Origin: Octopus vulgaris
Lineage: Eukaryota
Reading direction: 5' to 3'
NCBI GenBank assembly: GCA_951406725.2
Contig: OX597816.1
Span: 56,978,001 to 57,042,000, forward strand
Length of the DNA: 64,000 nt
In this document: piece by piece, positions 1 to 13,409 of the stretch
Layout of the letters: every line of letters begins with the position of its first letter
How positions within the stretch are numbered: the stretch's first letter is position 1
Made by a program: the position numbers and the translations under genes
The notes under the pieces: model-generated
The model's input: the letters and a program-made list of their open reading frames with translations, nothing else
Told to the model about the DNA's origin: nothing
The model's database searches: none

Positions 1-570
1 TAAGGAACTATTGATGCCATGTATAAGAAAAGACCTCCAGATATCTAGAGGTGATGGGAGTAGTTGCTTTTTCTAATGTTCGATAACTCCAGTGATTACA
101 ACGGATTATCTAATGGAAGATAAAGTTACCTTGGATTGAGTTAAGGATAAGAGGAACATCAATTTTACACATCTCTTTCACAACAGGAAACATACTTCCA
201 GTGGTTGTGTCTTCAGCTGGGCGGGTCGGTCGTCATAGCACAGTATTTTGTACAGCATTAATTCACGTAATCCTGAAATACTTTGTATAAAATAGTAACT
301 AACATATCCAGCAGTAAATAGTCTCTCTGGTTGGAAGTAACCTAACTGCATATAGATACAATATAGTGGCCACAGTTATAGCTATAAACATCAGAAATAT
401 AGTATTGTTGTTGTTGTTGACGTACTTATAAAATTATTATATGGTACTTATGTACCATATAATGGATGTTGTTTTGAGGTTTGGTGACATCATGCCTCCT
501 CGGTGTCTTCAAAGTTGTATGTGAATCCTGATCTGAGAGATATTGAATCCTGAGTAGAATAGAAATGGTG
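1..570 (-). mobile_element. Possible highly decayed LINE AP-endonuclease fragment
   Basis: Minus-strand translation gives only scattered hints (HRGG-like, HNHW-like) broken by stops; weak. Confidence 0.2.
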
Positions 571-574
571 AGAC

Positions 575-1125
575 TGATTTACTTCTTTCAGTTATTTGAC
601 TGCGGCCATGCTGGAACACTGCCTTAAAGGGTTTAGGTCGAAGAAATCGATCTCAGGTCTTATTCTTTGTAAGCCTTGTACTTATTCTATCGAACTCTTT
701 TACCGAACTGCTAATTTACGGAGACCTAAACACGCCAACATCGTTTGACAAGTGATGATGGGGGATGGGCCTAACACAGATACAGATACACGCACACATA
801 AATATATACATATATATTTCAGTTTCGCCGGGCGAAATGCTTAGCGGTATTTCGTCTGTCGTTACGTTCTGAGTTCAAATTCCGCCGAGGTCAACTTTGC
901 CTTTCATCCTTTCGGGGTCGATAAATAAAGTACCAGTTTCGCACTGGGGGCGATATAATCGACTCAATCCCTTCGTCTGTCCTTGTTTGTCCCCTCTATG
1001 TTTAGCCCCTTCTGGGCAGTAAAGAAATATATATCCACTCACAAGGCTTTGGTCGATCCGAGGCTATAGTAGAAGACATTTGCCTAAGGTGCCACGCAAC
1101 GGAAGTGAGCCCGGAACCATGTGTG
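575..1125 (-). mobile_element. SINE family A copy (tRNA head, internal microsatellite) interrupted by a SINE B insertion
   Basis: 575-800 matches the family A tail (tttgactgcggccatgctgga...) and 1033-1125 matches the body (atccactcacaaggctttggtc...gccacgca) seen in many other copies here. Confidence 0.85.
826..1030 (+). mobile_element. SINE family B copy nested in SINE A
   Basis: gccgggcgaaatgcttagcggtatttcg...gagttcaaattcc (B-box-like)...ctttcatcctttcggggtcgataaa; same sequence as 40795-41197. Confidence 0.9.
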
Positions 1126-1619
1126 TATACTAAAGCGAAATTCCTACCTTCTCTATTCGCATTCGAGACTCACAAATTTGTTTTTCTTTTGTTTAAAGTT
1201 AAGGAGAGAATGAAAAAATCTAACAAAGTTCTTCAGCCAAAAATGTATCATAAAATATTTTGGCAAAAAAGCAAGCCTTAATATAAATAGACTTCTATAT
1301 TTCTCCACTATATTTTTAATCTAAGACATTTCCTATATTTTAACTCCAGACAACTCTGGAATTTAACCGAGTAGACGCTGCAGATTTGAACACCAAATAA
1401 AATAGACTATAAACTTTTATAAATTAAAAATATGAGTTTCGCAGTAAATTTTTCACGTTCAAAGTTGGTGAAAGATGTTTTGTTTGACATCATTCATCAG
1501 CTTTTTTTTGTTATGTCTTCGCAGATTATGAGCTAATGCACGTATTCCGTACTTGAGTTTATGTTAGTATTATTTCTATCTGATGATACGTGAATGCCTG
1601 CGTAGTATATACGTACGTA

Positions 1620-1629
1620 AATACATATG

Positions 1630-1697
<68 letters not shown>

Positions 1698-1789
1698 TAT
1701 GTGTGTGTGTATTATATACCTAAGTATACACATGTGTATACATGTATACATCTGCATAAATATATACGCACACATAAATGTTTATATAT

Positions 1790-1847
<58 letters not shown>

Positions 1848-1977
1848 AGAATTTACGATAAAAGCAAAAGACGAAGAGAGGGGTGTAGAAAACAAACAGA
1901 TGTATTAGTATAACGCTCGGGAATTGGAAAATATATATTTAGTAGATAAATAGATAGATAGATAGATAGATAGATAG

Positions 1978-2058
<81 letters not shown>

Positions 2059-2328
2059 CATACATACATACATACATACATACATACATACATACATACA
2101 TACATACATACATACATACACACACATATACATACATACATACATACATACATACACACACATATACATACAAACATATATACATACATACATACATACA
2201 TACATCATACATACATACATACATACATACATACATACGTACATACATACATCATACATGCATACATACATCAAACATACATACATACATACATACATAC
2301 ATACATACATACATCATACATACATACT
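1620..2328. repeat. Compound microsatellite block (TA)n/(GATA)n/(TACA)n containing a short PLE pseudo-LTR fragment at 1843-1930
   Basis: Direct reading; 1843-1930 matches 4343-4430 and 43917-44005. Confidence 0.9.
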
Positions 2329-2695
2329 TACAGGGTGCGATGGGTAAATTGTAGCCAATTTATATTTTTAATTACGCGAATGCGCGTTGTTTGTTTATCA
2401 TTTTCTCAACTACGCAGTATGGTAGGGTCAGTTGGGCACCGTCTATGAGAAATACACCACCATAACGCAATTCACTTTGCCAGAAATTTGGAAATGACAT
2501 GTGCTGTACTCATTGGCATACGCACCGGAAGTTCCAATACGAACATTTCAGAGTGTTTTGATGTCAATCCGAGGACAGAGCAGAGGATTCGGAAAGAGTT
2601 AGATGAGTTTAATGGTGATTACTAAAATACGGCAGCTCGGAAAACTCACTCTGATCGTTCTGATAAGAAAAGAACTCCTGAATTTGTTGTTGAGA
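2329..2695 (+). mobile_element. Tc1/mariner-superfamily 5' end with decayed HTH transposase N-terminus
   Basis: Begins TA|CAGGGTG, a typical TIR start; translation NISECFDVNPRTEQRIRKELDE...RSDKKRTPEFV resembles a transposase HTH, with stops. Confidence 0.55.
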
Positions 2696-3076
2696 CCTCC
2701 TCATTCTATATCGAGTGAAAAGAACGGTATGGACGTTTTGTTTTGGTGCCTCGCTTTGCCATATACGACTATGAGGATTTGCATTCCCAACGTAACCCGT
2801 CTTTTTCCCAAACTTCTCAAACCTGCTATAATGTAATACATGTCTTTGGTGTGATAATTGTGTGCGGCTGAAGAAGGCTATTGACATACATGTTACATCA
2901 ATTATGCATTGATATAAACTGTCCAATAAAGCCAGAAACATATGTACCGCTAAATCCTTTGCATCCTGTTTTTCTTTTGATAAATATACCCTATCACCTA
3001 CACCACTAACTGGCATATACAGGTGCTTACAGTTATCAAATATTCACCCAGAATTTTTTGTACCTATATATACACG

Positions 3077-3143
<67 letters not shown>

Positions 3144-3224
3144 ACACACACATATATATATACATATATATACATATATATGTCTGTATTTATGTATAAT
3201 GGAAACTATATATATACGTGTGTA

Positions 3225-3264
<40 letters not shown>

Positions 3265-3699
3265 TAATTACATATACATGTGTGTGTATTTGTGTGTGTG
3301 TAATGTATATATGGAAGTGCGTTGATTTTTGATAAAGGTGCGGTGACATGTAACAATGAAATAAACGTTTGATAACTGAACATCGAGGAACGGAAATACC
3401 AAATGTATTATTCTGCATTCTCTTGTACAAGAAGATCAGTTTTTATCTACGGCGGTGTCGAGAAGAGAGCCGCTAGTGTACTGCTTTTTAAGTCTGCTTT
3501 CGTTGTTGGGGAGTGTACATATGTCGCCCACGTAGCCAATGTCGTTAGGGGCGGCAGGCTTGGACAACAACCCTCGCTGTTTCATGTAACTATGATTATT
3601 ATTTGATATTTGTTTTTTGTGTTTCGTTAATTAGAGGGCTAATTGTGGGTTAGATTTTGTAAATGAGAACTTCCTCGGTAGAAATTCTGCTTACGCTCA

Positions 3700-4215
3700 T
3701 GTATGTATGCATGACATTATTCATTTTATTTCAACATTTCTTGCCAATAGAGAAAGAACCGGTTTCTATCTAAGATCCGAGGTTCCTTCATTGGAATTTC
3801 AATGTCATATGTACGCATGTGTGTATGTATGTATGTATGTATGTATGTATGTATGTATGTATGTATGTATGTATGTGTGTGTGTGTGTATGTATGTACGT
3901 ATGTGTGTGTATGTATGTACGTATGTGTGTATGTATGCATGCGTGTATGTATGTATGTATGTATGTATGTATGTATGTATGTATGTGTTCGTGTAGATTT
4001 GTATGTTTTGTTTTATGTATGTCTTCTCATGCATATAGTTGCATATCTAGACATGCTCATATATATATTTAAATGATAAACTTCTGGGACGTTTTACATA
4101 TTTTTTACAGTTCCAGTGATGGCTTAGATCAGTGGTCTTCGAATTAGCTTTCTCCTTTCTGATTTTGAGAAGCCTAATTTCTTAAGATTAGTATTTAGAC
4201 AGCGTGGTTTCATAT
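3700..4215 (-). mobile_element. 3' end of R4/Dong-like non-LTR retrotransposon with internal (TACA)n
   Basis: Reverse complement matches the ORF end and 3' UTR of the element at 59976-62730. Confidence 0.8.
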
Positions 4216-4342
4216 ATAGAGGGAAGATAAGAAATGGTTCCAAATACAATTAAACAATGACTTTTAAACACCAATAATCCATTTCTCGTTGTTAATTATT
4301 CCTCCATTTCTTATCTTCGCTCCATATATATATATATATATA

Positions 4343-4493
4343 GGGAGAGTTTACGAAAAAAAACAAAAGACGAAGACATGTGGTGTACAAAACAAACAGA
4401 TGTATCAGTATAACGCTCAGGAATAGAAAAAGTCTTTTACGTTTCGAGCCTACGCTCTTCTATAGAAAGGGACACAGAAAATAAAACAAGGAG

Positions 4494-4495
<2 letters not shown>
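4343..4495 (-). mobile_element. PLE-type pseudo-LTR fragment between (TA)n tracts
   Basis: Three copies in the window (1843, 4343, 43917); carries a hammerhead-like motif. Confidence 0.65.
4433..4469 (-). ncRNA. Hammerhead-like motif with decayed core
   Basis: cttt-CTATAGA-a-GAGC gtag GCTC-GAAA-CG-TA-aaag; the core deviates from CUGANGA. Confidence 0.5.
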
Positions 4496-4544
<49 letters not shown>

Positions 4545-4631
4545 TTATCAAGTGGCCAGCGTGAAATAAAAAACATTTTGTTATATTTTGGGGTTGTCAT
4601 ATTTTTTATATATGTACTTTTTGTAAATAGG

Positions 4632-4667
<36 letters not shown>

Positions 4668-4670
4668 TAA

Positions 4671-4760
<90 letters not shown>

Positions 4761-4809
4761 GGAAGGAGAGAAAAGAACTTCAGGTCATTCTGTCTCTCCC
4801 ACAAGCTAA

Positions 4810-6640
4810 AAATGTTGTATTAAAGTAGTTTCTTTGTCAGTGCCAGACTACTTCACGTTACGCCTCTTGGTCAACAATAGCTGGAGACCATTATTGTGAA
4901 TAATTTCTTTCGTGTTGTTGCCATCTTCGCAATAATATTTACATGGAACAAGGCATCATTGCTCATACTCATTCGCCAGCCACTCACTGATTGTGACTCT
5001 GGGATCGCATTCTCACCTGGCCACAATGATCACACTGTTTTTGTAAACTGATAAGGAACGCTTGAAATTTACCTGTATTGAATTGGAGGTTGTTTTCTTC
5101 AACCCTTAAATACCCTACATTTATACTTCGCGATAGTTTTGTGATATCGTTGGTTGTCTGTGATACTTCGGTACGACTAAGGCTATGTTTAAGACTAGCT
5201 TCAATACAGCTTCCAAAGAGACTCCACTAGGATTCAATTATCTCCTCTGAGAGAGCACCGTTACCTGCGACTACCGAACATCTTACCTTTCTGAAACGTC
5301 ATTCAGCCACTTCTTTAGTTTTCCAACAATGCCAAGATCACGCAGTTTGTGATGAATATTATCGAAGTTTTTCGCAGAATCGAATTATACTCTCTGACTG
5401 ACTTGTGTATACCAAGTGTCCTCGACTTCCAGAAATGCACCAAAAACAATGGCAATCGACAGGAATAACCCTAGGAAACGTTTCAATAATTTCGCTGTTG
5501 TTTCAGAAGCTAACCATAATGAAGCAATGGATTAATGGTGCTGCGGTTCCTCCTTCACAGATAGAAGCAATGTTTTGTGTCAGCAAACAAACGATTTCTT
5601 GTCAGAAAGTCATCAGCTTCTTACAAATTAGAGTCAAGTCAGAAAGGCACAGAAATAAGCCTGTCATTTTTAACGTCGGTTCTCTTGCTTTCTTTTAGGG
5701 ATGGAGCAAATAATAGCGTCTTTTAACTTTTCGGAAGTTTACCAAATGCGTGGAAGCTCACCAAAATTGTCTTCTTGCACGTTTTTAGAAGAATCGCTGA
5801 GAAACCAATGAGAACCTATTACAGAATTTCCCCTCGTTTCATCGAAGGGGTCATATGGCATTCCTCTCTTTTATGCTGATGGAATCACCGTTTCAATATT
5901 TAGGGTTTCAGTGCTAAAGAGTTCATCTGATTTATTTATATGTATCCCAAAGGGTGGTGAAAACACTTTGGAATTGTTCATCCAATATTTCATTGAACCT
6001 TTTTCGAAGTCTACAGTCAGGGAGACATTTCCTTCAAACAACGACCCTGTTTTAGAATTTACTGAAGCTGGTTCTTTTGCAAATTTAGAGAAAGAGTTCG
6101 TTTTCATATTTTCTACAACCCTGGTTTTAGTTTTTTTTTTATAGGAGAGACTGAGTCTGTTGCCGGTCTCTAAAGATGTCCTTTACAAGTGGGACCCCTT
6201 GCTGCCAGTAGGCTGTTTATCTAAGCGATTTGAGCTCTTACATCCTCGCCTCATAATGACTTTTTCTGTCTCTAGGAATAATACTTTTGTATATGCAGCC
6301 GTTTCTCTCTGGGGCAAATATAATTCCTATGGCTCACATTATTGACATAAACTCGTTAAATTTGATGTCATTTTCTTGCATAGACACATGTTCGAACCAG
6401 GACTGCTTCAGGATCTCTTGTTGGATCAGTTTTCAGTTTGATTCGGAAAGGGTTTGGAAAGGGTTCCAGTTCTACTTTTAGGGCCTATATCTATAAGTGG
6501 CTTTGTTCTACTATGTTAAGATCTGCAGAAATTGTTGGTGTCACCTTTTCACATTAGGATGATTTCCATATTGTTTGTGAAGCAAATATCCAAGGTATCG
6601 CTGTCATCTGGCTGACTATCGTATTGTTTTTTTACCCCAT
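4810..6640 (-). pseudogene. Decayed CR1/L2-type LINE ORF2 (end of AP endonuclease, linker, RT)
   Basis: Minus-strand motifs in the expected order: [44 protein letters not shown] (NYRPIS-like), KLRDLGIVGKLKKWL, EENNLQFNTGKFQ; many stops and frameshifts. Confidence 0.75.
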
Positions 6641-6670
6641 AATTTATTTATATATACATACATACATACA

Positions 6671-6768
<98 letters not shown>

Positions 6769-6794
6769 TGTATGTATATACGTATGTATGTATC

Positions 6795-7030
6795 AATATA
6801 TAATTATATAAATATAATTATGATAATAGGGCACTAGTGAATAGCGCCATATGTTAGAAATAGACGCCAAATGGCTCTAAGAACTGCAGTTATTTACTCC
6901 ATTAGCATGAATTAAAAGCAAGGAAAGTGAATAAATTAAAATTTTTAAAGGAAGTTTAACTATAGATCGATTTCTGGTTTAGAGATGTAAAAATCTCTCT
7001 ACCTCCTCATCAGTATAGTATGACTAGTAT
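6795..7030 (-). mobile_element. PLE pseudo-LTR fragment adjoining (TA)n/(TATG)n
   Basis: Contains an intact hammerhead; ttagaaatagacgccaaa is shared (inverted) with 57940-57958. Confidence 0.6.
6959..7019 (-). ncRNA. Minimal type-I hammerhead ribozyme, intact core
   Basis: actata-CTGATGA-[ggt..agagat/atctct..acc]-a-GAAA-TCGA-TC-tatagt: 6-bp helix I, palindromic ATCGAT helix III, AUC cleavage triplet. Confidence 0.8.
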
Positions 7031-7344
7031 ATGCACGTGTTGAGGTGGATAAATTAGAATTTTCCTCGTATATAAATGTGAACATTTGTATATATGATAA
7101 TGGGTGCGTGCTATTCGTATTGGTATGTACATTGAACCTTTTGTTACGAACCTCTTTTCCTGTGTGAGCGCTTTCGATTAACCTTTTCAAACACACGTGC
7201 TCTTAATGGATTTAGAGGAAGGGACAGTGCCCTTAGCTTTTTCAGTCCCTCCAGTGGATAGACACGAATGAAATACCTTTGATTCAATGTTATTAATACT
7301 ACCTGTGGTTAAACAACAACAACACTATCATCATTAATATCCTT

Positions 7345-7738
7345 TTCATTTCAACTCTAGGCACAAGGCCCGAAATTTGGGGGTGGGGCAGTCGATTAGA
7401 TCGACCCCAGTGCGCAACTGGTACTTAATTTATAGACCCCGAAATGATGAAAGGCAAAGTCGACCTCGAAATTTAAACTCAGAACATAAAGACAGACGGA
7501 ATACCTATTTCTTTATTACCCACAAGGGGCTAAACATAGAGGGGACAAACAAGGATAGACATAGGTATTAAGTCGATTACATCGACCCCAATGCGTAACT
7601 GGTACTTAATTTATCGACCTCGAAAGGATGAAAGGCTAAGTCGACCTCGGCGAATTTGAACTCAGAACGTAACAGCAGACGGAATACCGCTAAGCATTTC
7701 GCCCGGCGTGCTAACGTTTCTGCCAGCTCGCTGCCTCA
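7345..7738 (-). mobile_element. SINE family B, dimeric form
   Basis: The core gtcgatta..atcgacccc..aactggtacttaattta..gaaagg..aagtcgacc occurs twice; head ggcgagctggcagaaacgttagc. Confidence 0.9.
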
Positions 7739-8639
7739 CTACCATCATCAATATCATCAACACACAGTGTCAACAATACTTTGCCCATAATCCTGATATA
7801 ATTGTTACGCCTCTATAACCGTTAGACCTCTTTCGCTAAGACACCTTTTTCCACTTAGAATCTGCAAGGTTAACAAACCCTGTCAAGAACGACTTTATTA
7901 TGCAGTCACTCATCATTCAGAAATAACAGTGAAATTTCCCTTACGTCATAGCGTAACGTCTTAAAAAGAAGAAATCGTTGGATAATTGAACACAAGATAT
8001 TTGTCTGAGAGAGAACATCGATTTATCCATAGCTGCCACGTTCTATATTTTATTTGGACGGCTTTTGTGCCGTGTTACAAGTAGGAACATTCTGCATTTC
8101 TTGGAGAAAAGGGACATTTGATGTAGTCCCTCCATTACTCTAACCCAGTACAATGAATCCGGTTATGAGAGTGTCAGGATGAAAGGAAGGCAGAGAGAAG
8201 GGTACATTAGTTCTTGGTTGATACTTAATTGACTTCATAAGAATGGAAATTGATTGAAGTAGGAACAGAACTCACAGTCTAGAGAGCTAGAATAATTAGC
8301 ACAAGCCAGTAGTCCCCAAAGCTCTAACAATTCTGCCAACCGACAAACCTATAGTCCTAGATAAACGTATATCTCAAGACAATATTGAACATTATTGCTC
8401 ATATATCCGGTAGGTCAGGTTTCATTTCTGAACAGCATAAAACCAGTGTCATTAGAGAACCACGTACTCGCACTTGTTTACAACCTGAAGCATCGTTCCT
8501 GCGGTCAGAAATAGAAAAGCGAAGGAAAGAAATTGTTGCGTGTCAAGTGTTACAGATACGGAAAGCTGGGTATGGAATATTTAAGAATTAATCTTTGAAA
8601 GACTGTGCCATTTGATAACGAAATAATATTCCTTTTGTG

Positions 8640-8830
8640 TCGGACAAAATGCTTAGCAGCATTTCGTCCGTCTTTACGTAGTGAGTTCAAATTCCGCCGA
8701 GGTCGACTTTGCCTTTCATCCATTCGGGATCGATAAAATAAGTACCAGTCGAGTACTGGGATCGATTTATAATGGACTAAAACACCACCCCTGAAGTTGC
8801 TGGCCTTTTGCCAAAATCTAAAACCAATAT
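8640..8830 (+). mobile_element. SINE family B
   Basis: Matches the other family B copies. Confidence 0.85.
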
Positions 8831-9259
8831 CTTGCGTAAATATTTAGAGCAGTGGCGATAACCCAAGTCACAATGGGTTACAGCTGACGTATACTAACAA
8901 GCAACTTGTTTACGTATCAGAGACGAAGATTTACACAGACTTCTTCGTCCACTTTCGCTTATCTCCGTTCTGACACTTAATGTGGTTTGTCTTACGTAAT
9001 AACTTATTAACAATGTTATCGCTGTACAACATTAGACAATAAAAAAAATACTTGCGCCGCCCCCTTCCTAACTTCCCATTTTTGCCCTCGCCTAATCCAT
9101 TACTCTCCCTCTCCACCCACCAAAAAGCCTGTCTCTCCTTCTCAATTTCCTTCAATATACATGTATGTACCGCTTTTATTTTACACAATTCCTTTCCTCA
9201 GCTCTCGTTGTTGTTCTCTTTTTTTTCCTGAAATTTATGTATACATTATACACATGCGT

Positions 9260-9322
<63 letters not shown>

Positions 9323-9499
9323 GAGAGTAATACGTATTTTAGAATAGTTAAATTTGATTTATATCATTTTACACACAGACACTGGAGCGCGTTTGTATAT
9401 TTTGTATGAGAAAGCGTTTATAATAGAGTATAGTTTATATACAATAACATAAGCTCTTTTGTGGTGTGTGTGTGTGTGTGTGTGTGTAAATTTTTTATC

Positions 9500-9925
9500 T
9501 TTTATCTTTCTATCTCTCGTTTCAGCCATTAGACTGCGGCCACGCTGGAACATCTCCTTTAAAACTCTTTCGTCGAATGAATCGACACCAGGACATTTTT
9601 TTTTAGTCTGGCACTTGTCTCATCGGTACTTTTTTCCCAACCACCAGGTTACAGAAGCGTAAGCAAGCTAACACCGGTTGTCAGGTGGTATTGGGGAACA
9701 AACACACACGCACACACACATATATATATATGAATGAGAGATGCCCGTCGTATCTATATAAACATACAACGGGCTTCTTTTAGTTCCCATCTACTAAATC
9801 CACTCACAAGGCTTTGGTCGGCCCGAGGCTATAGTAAAAGACACTTGCCCAAGGTGCCATGCAAGGGGGACTGAACCTGGAACCATGTGGTTGGGAAGTA
9901 AGCTTCTTACCACACAGCTACGCTC
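9500..9925 (-). mobile_element. SINE family A
   Basis: Tail, internal CA/TA tract and head match the other copies. Confidence 0.85.
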
Positions 9926-9960
9926 GTATACATGAAATATGTACACACACATATATATAC

Positions 9961-10093
<133 letters not shown>

Positions 10094-10680
10094 CATATAT
10101 GTATGTATACACACAGACACACAGACTCACAGACTCATACACACACATATACATATGTGTGTGTGTGTGTGTGAGCGCCCGAGTGCGAGCGTGTGTCTAT
10201 TATCTTGTATATACATAAATTTAGACTCCATATAATGCACTTTTGTGATATGAATGCTGCTGGTATGACATGCTGCGTTGATAAATTTTCTTTCCTCCTA
10301 GTTGCGATAAAAGAGGTTATATTTAGATGTCCGATCTCCTGCCTTTGTTTCAGAGTATGCATTATAATGAGTTATCTAAGAACAAGCTTCTTTCATACGT
10401 TGCCACACCTTCAAATACAATTGTCCTGGTTCTTCGTATTTACAAGCGACTGGTGAGAGACATCTGAGCAAATTAGACGAGGTTTCCAAAACCATCTGTT
10501 CCTCTTCAAAGATTATGGGATTTTGAAAACGATCAACAAGTACACCAAGAGCCATGTTATACCAAAGCTACATCTACATCTCCATAAACTATTTACTCAG
10601 GGTCTGGATTATATATATGTATATATATAATATAAATTAGAGATAAAACCACTATTATGCAACTCAAGCAGTGTTACTAA

Positions 10681-10722
<42 letters not shown>

Positions 10723-10811
10723 ATACATATCATACATATATATGTTAAATAAAATGAGACAACAAAATCAAGGTTGTGTGGAATTTTCAGAACATTTATA
10801 AAAACAAAGTT

Positions 10812-10858
10812 TCTTACAGCTGTTTCTGGGATATTAGGAATATCCCTTCATCAGAGAC
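10812..10858 (-). ncRNA. Minimal type-I hammerhead ribozyme, intact core
   Basis: tct-CTGATGA-a-GGGATAT tccta ATATCCC-a-GAAA-CAGCTG-TA-aga. Confidence 0.8.
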
Positions 10859-11169
10859 GATGTGAAATGGTTAAATAGAGGGAAATATTAGAGTTAAATA
10901 TGAGGAGCCCTTTTGGAAAAGGAAGCAAATAAGGAGTGTATAGTGAAGTAGGAGAATGAATGTAGAAATAAATGTAAAAATATATAAAAATATTATTGTT
11001 GCAGTTCCATTATCCAACTGCAACTGTAACATTTTTTTGCATTTTTATTTTTATTTTTATTTCTACAATCATTCTCCTATTTCTCCATATACTCCTTATT
11101 TGCTTCTTTTTCCAAAATAACTCTTCATATTGAACTCTACTATTTCCTTCTAGTTAACTCTATCATATC

Positions 11170-11216
11170 GTCTCTGATAAAGGGATATCTCTATATCCCA
11201 GAAACAGCTGTAAGAC
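11170..11216 (+). ncRNA. Hammerhead ribozyme, G8A variant
   Basis: gtct-CTGATAA-a-GGGATAT ctct ATATCCC-a-GAAA-CAGCTG-TA-agac. Confidence 0.7.
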
Positions 11217-12142
11217 TACCTTTCTCTTTATCAATGTCCTGAAAATTCCACACAGCCTTGGCTTTGTTGTAACATTTTATTTAACATATACATGTTCACA
11301 CAGGACTCGCATTAGACTCCTCACTCGTTTCATTATCGAACCGAGAGTTTAACTACGGCCATTCCATAGCATTGCCTGCCACCTTAGGCCTTCTGGATAC
11401 CAATACCTCTCATATCATACATATATATTAATTGTGGGATAATCATAGTCCTGGTTATCACCTCATTAGCACATCGTACTGGATCCTGGCTAGCGTAGTA
11501 TTCCAAAATCAAAAAGATTAATAAGATTTCTCTTGATATGAAGGGCGGCACAACATAGCTCCAAGGTAATACCCAGTAGACTTTAAAAGACGCCACGCAG
11601 AGTGAATGATAAAAATAATGATTTAATTGAGGAAAGAAGTCAGATTAGCTTTACAATGGTTTCCGTAAACGGACGATATTTTTACTCCGCATCTCATAAA
11701 ATATTATGTAACATTGTATGGAATAAGTATATTGTCTGTTTAAGGAAAGAACTGTAATGTGAATTTTATTTCTCCTATACGCACAGAAACATTTTCAATC
11801 GATCTCTGTTGTGCCCCTACATACTTTCAAGACCAATCTGTATGTCTATGTATTGATTAACCTTGAGGGAGAGGTCAGGCGATGTTTAAAGCCCAACACA
11901 AATTTTACAATTGATATGACTTTATTTTAAGTATTAAGTCCCCCACTCATTAACAAACGTTTCTTTGTTACCCTTAAACCCACATAAATATAATAATTTT
12001 CTATATAACATACACGCACATACAAACACTGACATTTCAAGAAAGATGCAGACCCAAATATACATATTCATTCACAAACTTCTCCGCACAACAACATGGA
12101 CTAAAATCTTCTTAACAAAATATGAAATTACATTAATTTCAA

Positions 12143-12175
12143 TGTCATGATTAGCGAAGGCGAAACCGGTCGCCA
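12143..12175 (+). ncRNA. Decayed hammerhead motif in a PLE pseudo-LTR-like context
   Basis: ATGATTA-GC gaag GC-GAAA-CCGG-TC; two core substitutions. Confidence 0.4.
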
Positions 12176-12249
12176 AACACAATATAAAATATAATTACAA
12201 ATTTATTAAAACTATGTAAAGTGTGTGCATTTTCCTTCTTTTATTTTAT

Positions 12250-13195
12250 ATATATAAATATAAAGGGTAAAAATTATTAAAATAATAATTTATACCAGTG
12301 GTTAGCATGCGTAAAAAAGGTCAGAAGACATAAATATTTTTATATATGTTAGCATTTTCCTTTGTATTTTCAGTACGTATTCGAGTTTTTTAATTATATA
12401 TCTTCAGCGATTCAACTGAAGATCCACGGATTGTTGATTCATTAAGTGATTAATTAAATGATTTATTTATTGAGGCGGGAAAGGTATGCAGTAATATACA
12501 TCTGGAAGATCCTGGAAGGAATTGTGCCGAATTTTGGCATTGAAAGCTACAGCAATGCCAGAACTTGTCGACACTGCACAGTGCCAAAGATCCCAGCAAT
12601 GCCATCGCGCTTCAGGACCAGTTACTGCAACATCTTAGATTTCAAGAGCCCACAGCTTTTTATTATTCTCCCAAAGAGTCTGGGGACCTGCGCAAAGTAG
12701 ATGTAGGTGTTCTTAAATCAAGGCTGGACCTCTTCCTGTCGAGAGTCTCAGATGAATCTACCTCACGGCAAGAGGTGCAAATGAGGGTAGCTACATCAAA
12801 CTCCATTCTTTACCAAGTTTCACATATTAGGGGAGGCTCTCAGTAATAACAGTGTAGCAAAACGGCGGTGCTTCAGCATGGCCACAGCTCTGAGCTGAAC
12901 TACAGAAAAAAATGGTGAAACTTCGGTGTATAGAATTAACTGATATTTGAATTCTTTCAAATTCTCCTCCTCGTTTATAATCAAAGTGGGCCCCCAAATT
13001 TTTTTTTCGTGGTTTAAGGTTTTGACTGCCATTTTTAGCATGTAAGAAGACCATATAGTGGTCTTCTCTCCGTGTATAAATTTGTATACACTGATATATA
13101 TAGTAAAAATATTTATGTAGTCTGAATTTTTTTATGCATGCTAACCACTGGTATAAATGATATTTTAATATTTTTTACCCTTTATATTTATATAT
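12250..13195. repeat. Inverted repeat, arms about 12250-12345 and 13100-13195, enclosing a LINE 3' end
   Basis: tatataaatataaagggtaaaaa..ataccagtggttagcatgc versus gcatgctaaccactggtat..ttttaccctttatatttatata. Confidence 0.8.
12465..12912 (+). mobile_element. 3' end of CR1/L2-type LINE (ORF2 C-terminus plus 3' UTR)
   Basis: RRERYAVIYIWKILEGIVPNFGI...PQLF.ILPKSL / KSRLDLFLSRV; frameshifted; ends in a stem-loop tail and an A run. Confidence 0.75.
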
Positions 13196-13409
13196 TTAAA
13201 TATTTTAATTCTTGGGTCGAACAATTCACAGTTGAATTTATTCACTGCTGTACTATTTTGTACTATACTCTGATTGTGGATATTTGATGTGAATTCTTGA
13301 TGTATAACGATGAATCGTTTTAGCATGTAAGAAGACCAGTATATAGTCTTCACTCTGGGTATAAATTTTTATACACTCATATATACATGCATATATATAT
13401 ATATGTTTA

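Larger units (their letters stand above)
10740..11289. repeat. Fold-back (inverted) pair of PLE pseudo-LTRs, about 270-bp arms with a 9-nt loop
   Basis: atatgttaaataaaatg...gttgcagtt|ccattatcc|aactgcaac...cattttatttaacatat; each arm holds a hammerhead. Confidence 0.85.
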
